In this document: piece after piece, positions 63,986 through 64,000 of the stretch | Layout: every line of letters starts with the position of its first letter | Numbering within the stretch: the first letter of the stretch is position 1 | DNA from: a virus | Virus record (IMG/VR): IMGVR_UViG_3300045988_151578 | Length of the DNA stretch: 64,000 nt | Reading direction: 5' to 3' (one strand) | Made by a program: the position numbers and the translations under genes | Notes under the pieces: generated by a model | What the model was told of the DNA's origin: nothing | The model's database searches: none | What the model saw: only the letters and a program-made list of their open reading frames with translations

Positions 63986-64000
63986 CAAAATTAATACATT
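63986..64000 (-). promoter_or_regulatory. Early promoter -7 box (TAATTTTG); the -33 box lies beyond the window end
   Basis: 63946-64000 is identical to 59969-60023, which contains the -7 box of the 60 kb promoter. Confidence 0.6.

Noticed and set aside
1-64000. Stop-codon reassignment (as in some Bacteroidota-infecting phages)
   Set aside because: Long, motif-bearing ORFs up to 1416 aa are uninterrupted under the standard code and abut each other cleanly, so recoding is not needed.
1-64000. Lysogeny module, prophage borders or a diversity-generating retroelement
   Set aside because: There is no integrase, recombinase, reverse transcriptase or template/variable repeat pair, and no host-like flanking genes. 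The single XRE-like HTH protein (60250..60633) is not enough to call a repressor module.

Overview
The whole window is an AT-rich (roughly 30% GC by eye), tightly packed genome segment of a tailed dsDNA phage with a contractile tail. I see no flanking host genes, integrase, tRNA, rRNA or CRISPR array. All homology calls come from motifs I read in the supplied translations and compared with family signatures from memory; no database search was run.

Layout:
- **1-11.9 kb (minus strand), replication and nucleotide metabolism.** It holds a family A DNA polymerase (5' part, cut by the window edge), two thymidylate-synthase-fold paralogues, an all-alpha MazG/dimeric-dUTPase-like NTPase, a trimeric dUTPase, a nucleotidyltransferase-fold protein, an SF2 helicase, a Zn-finger/TOPRIM primase and a DnaB-like helicase.
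- **12.1-12.8 kb (plus strand).** A lone sigma-factor-like gene.
- **12.8-47.6 kb (minus strand), one uninterrupted structural block.** In transcription order: TerL, portal, protease-scaffold, decoration protein, major capsid, three fibre genes, neck proteins, sheath, tube, a chaperone pair with a -1 frameshift site, tape measure, LysM protein, hub, spike, gp25-like, baseplate J, a 1416-aa Ig-repeat wedge protein and a collar-domain fibre.
- **47.8-49.7 kb (minus strand).** A C5 cytosine methyltransferase, a small HExxH membrane protein and a YkuD-like protein.
- **49.8-53.0 kb (plus strand).** Small membrane proteins, a Pyr_excise-like protein and a PI-PLC-like phosphodiesterase.
- **53.3-64.0 kb (minus strand).** About 20 small early ORFs of unknown function, broken by two paralogous long non-coding islands.

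Seven copies of one promoter cassette match the Bacteroidota sigma-A consensus (-33 TTTG, 20 nt, -7 TAnnTTTG). This points to a Bacteroidota (Flavobacteriia-like) host and defines the early transcription units.

The most interesting items are:
- the pyrimidine-pool rewiring module beside the polymerase, a possible sign of non-canonical pyrimidines in virion DNA;
- the two iteron-like GGGGCYTT islands;
- a very low-GC three-gene cassette;
- an orphan MNT-like nucleotidyltransferase;
- a phage PI-PLC-like enzyme.
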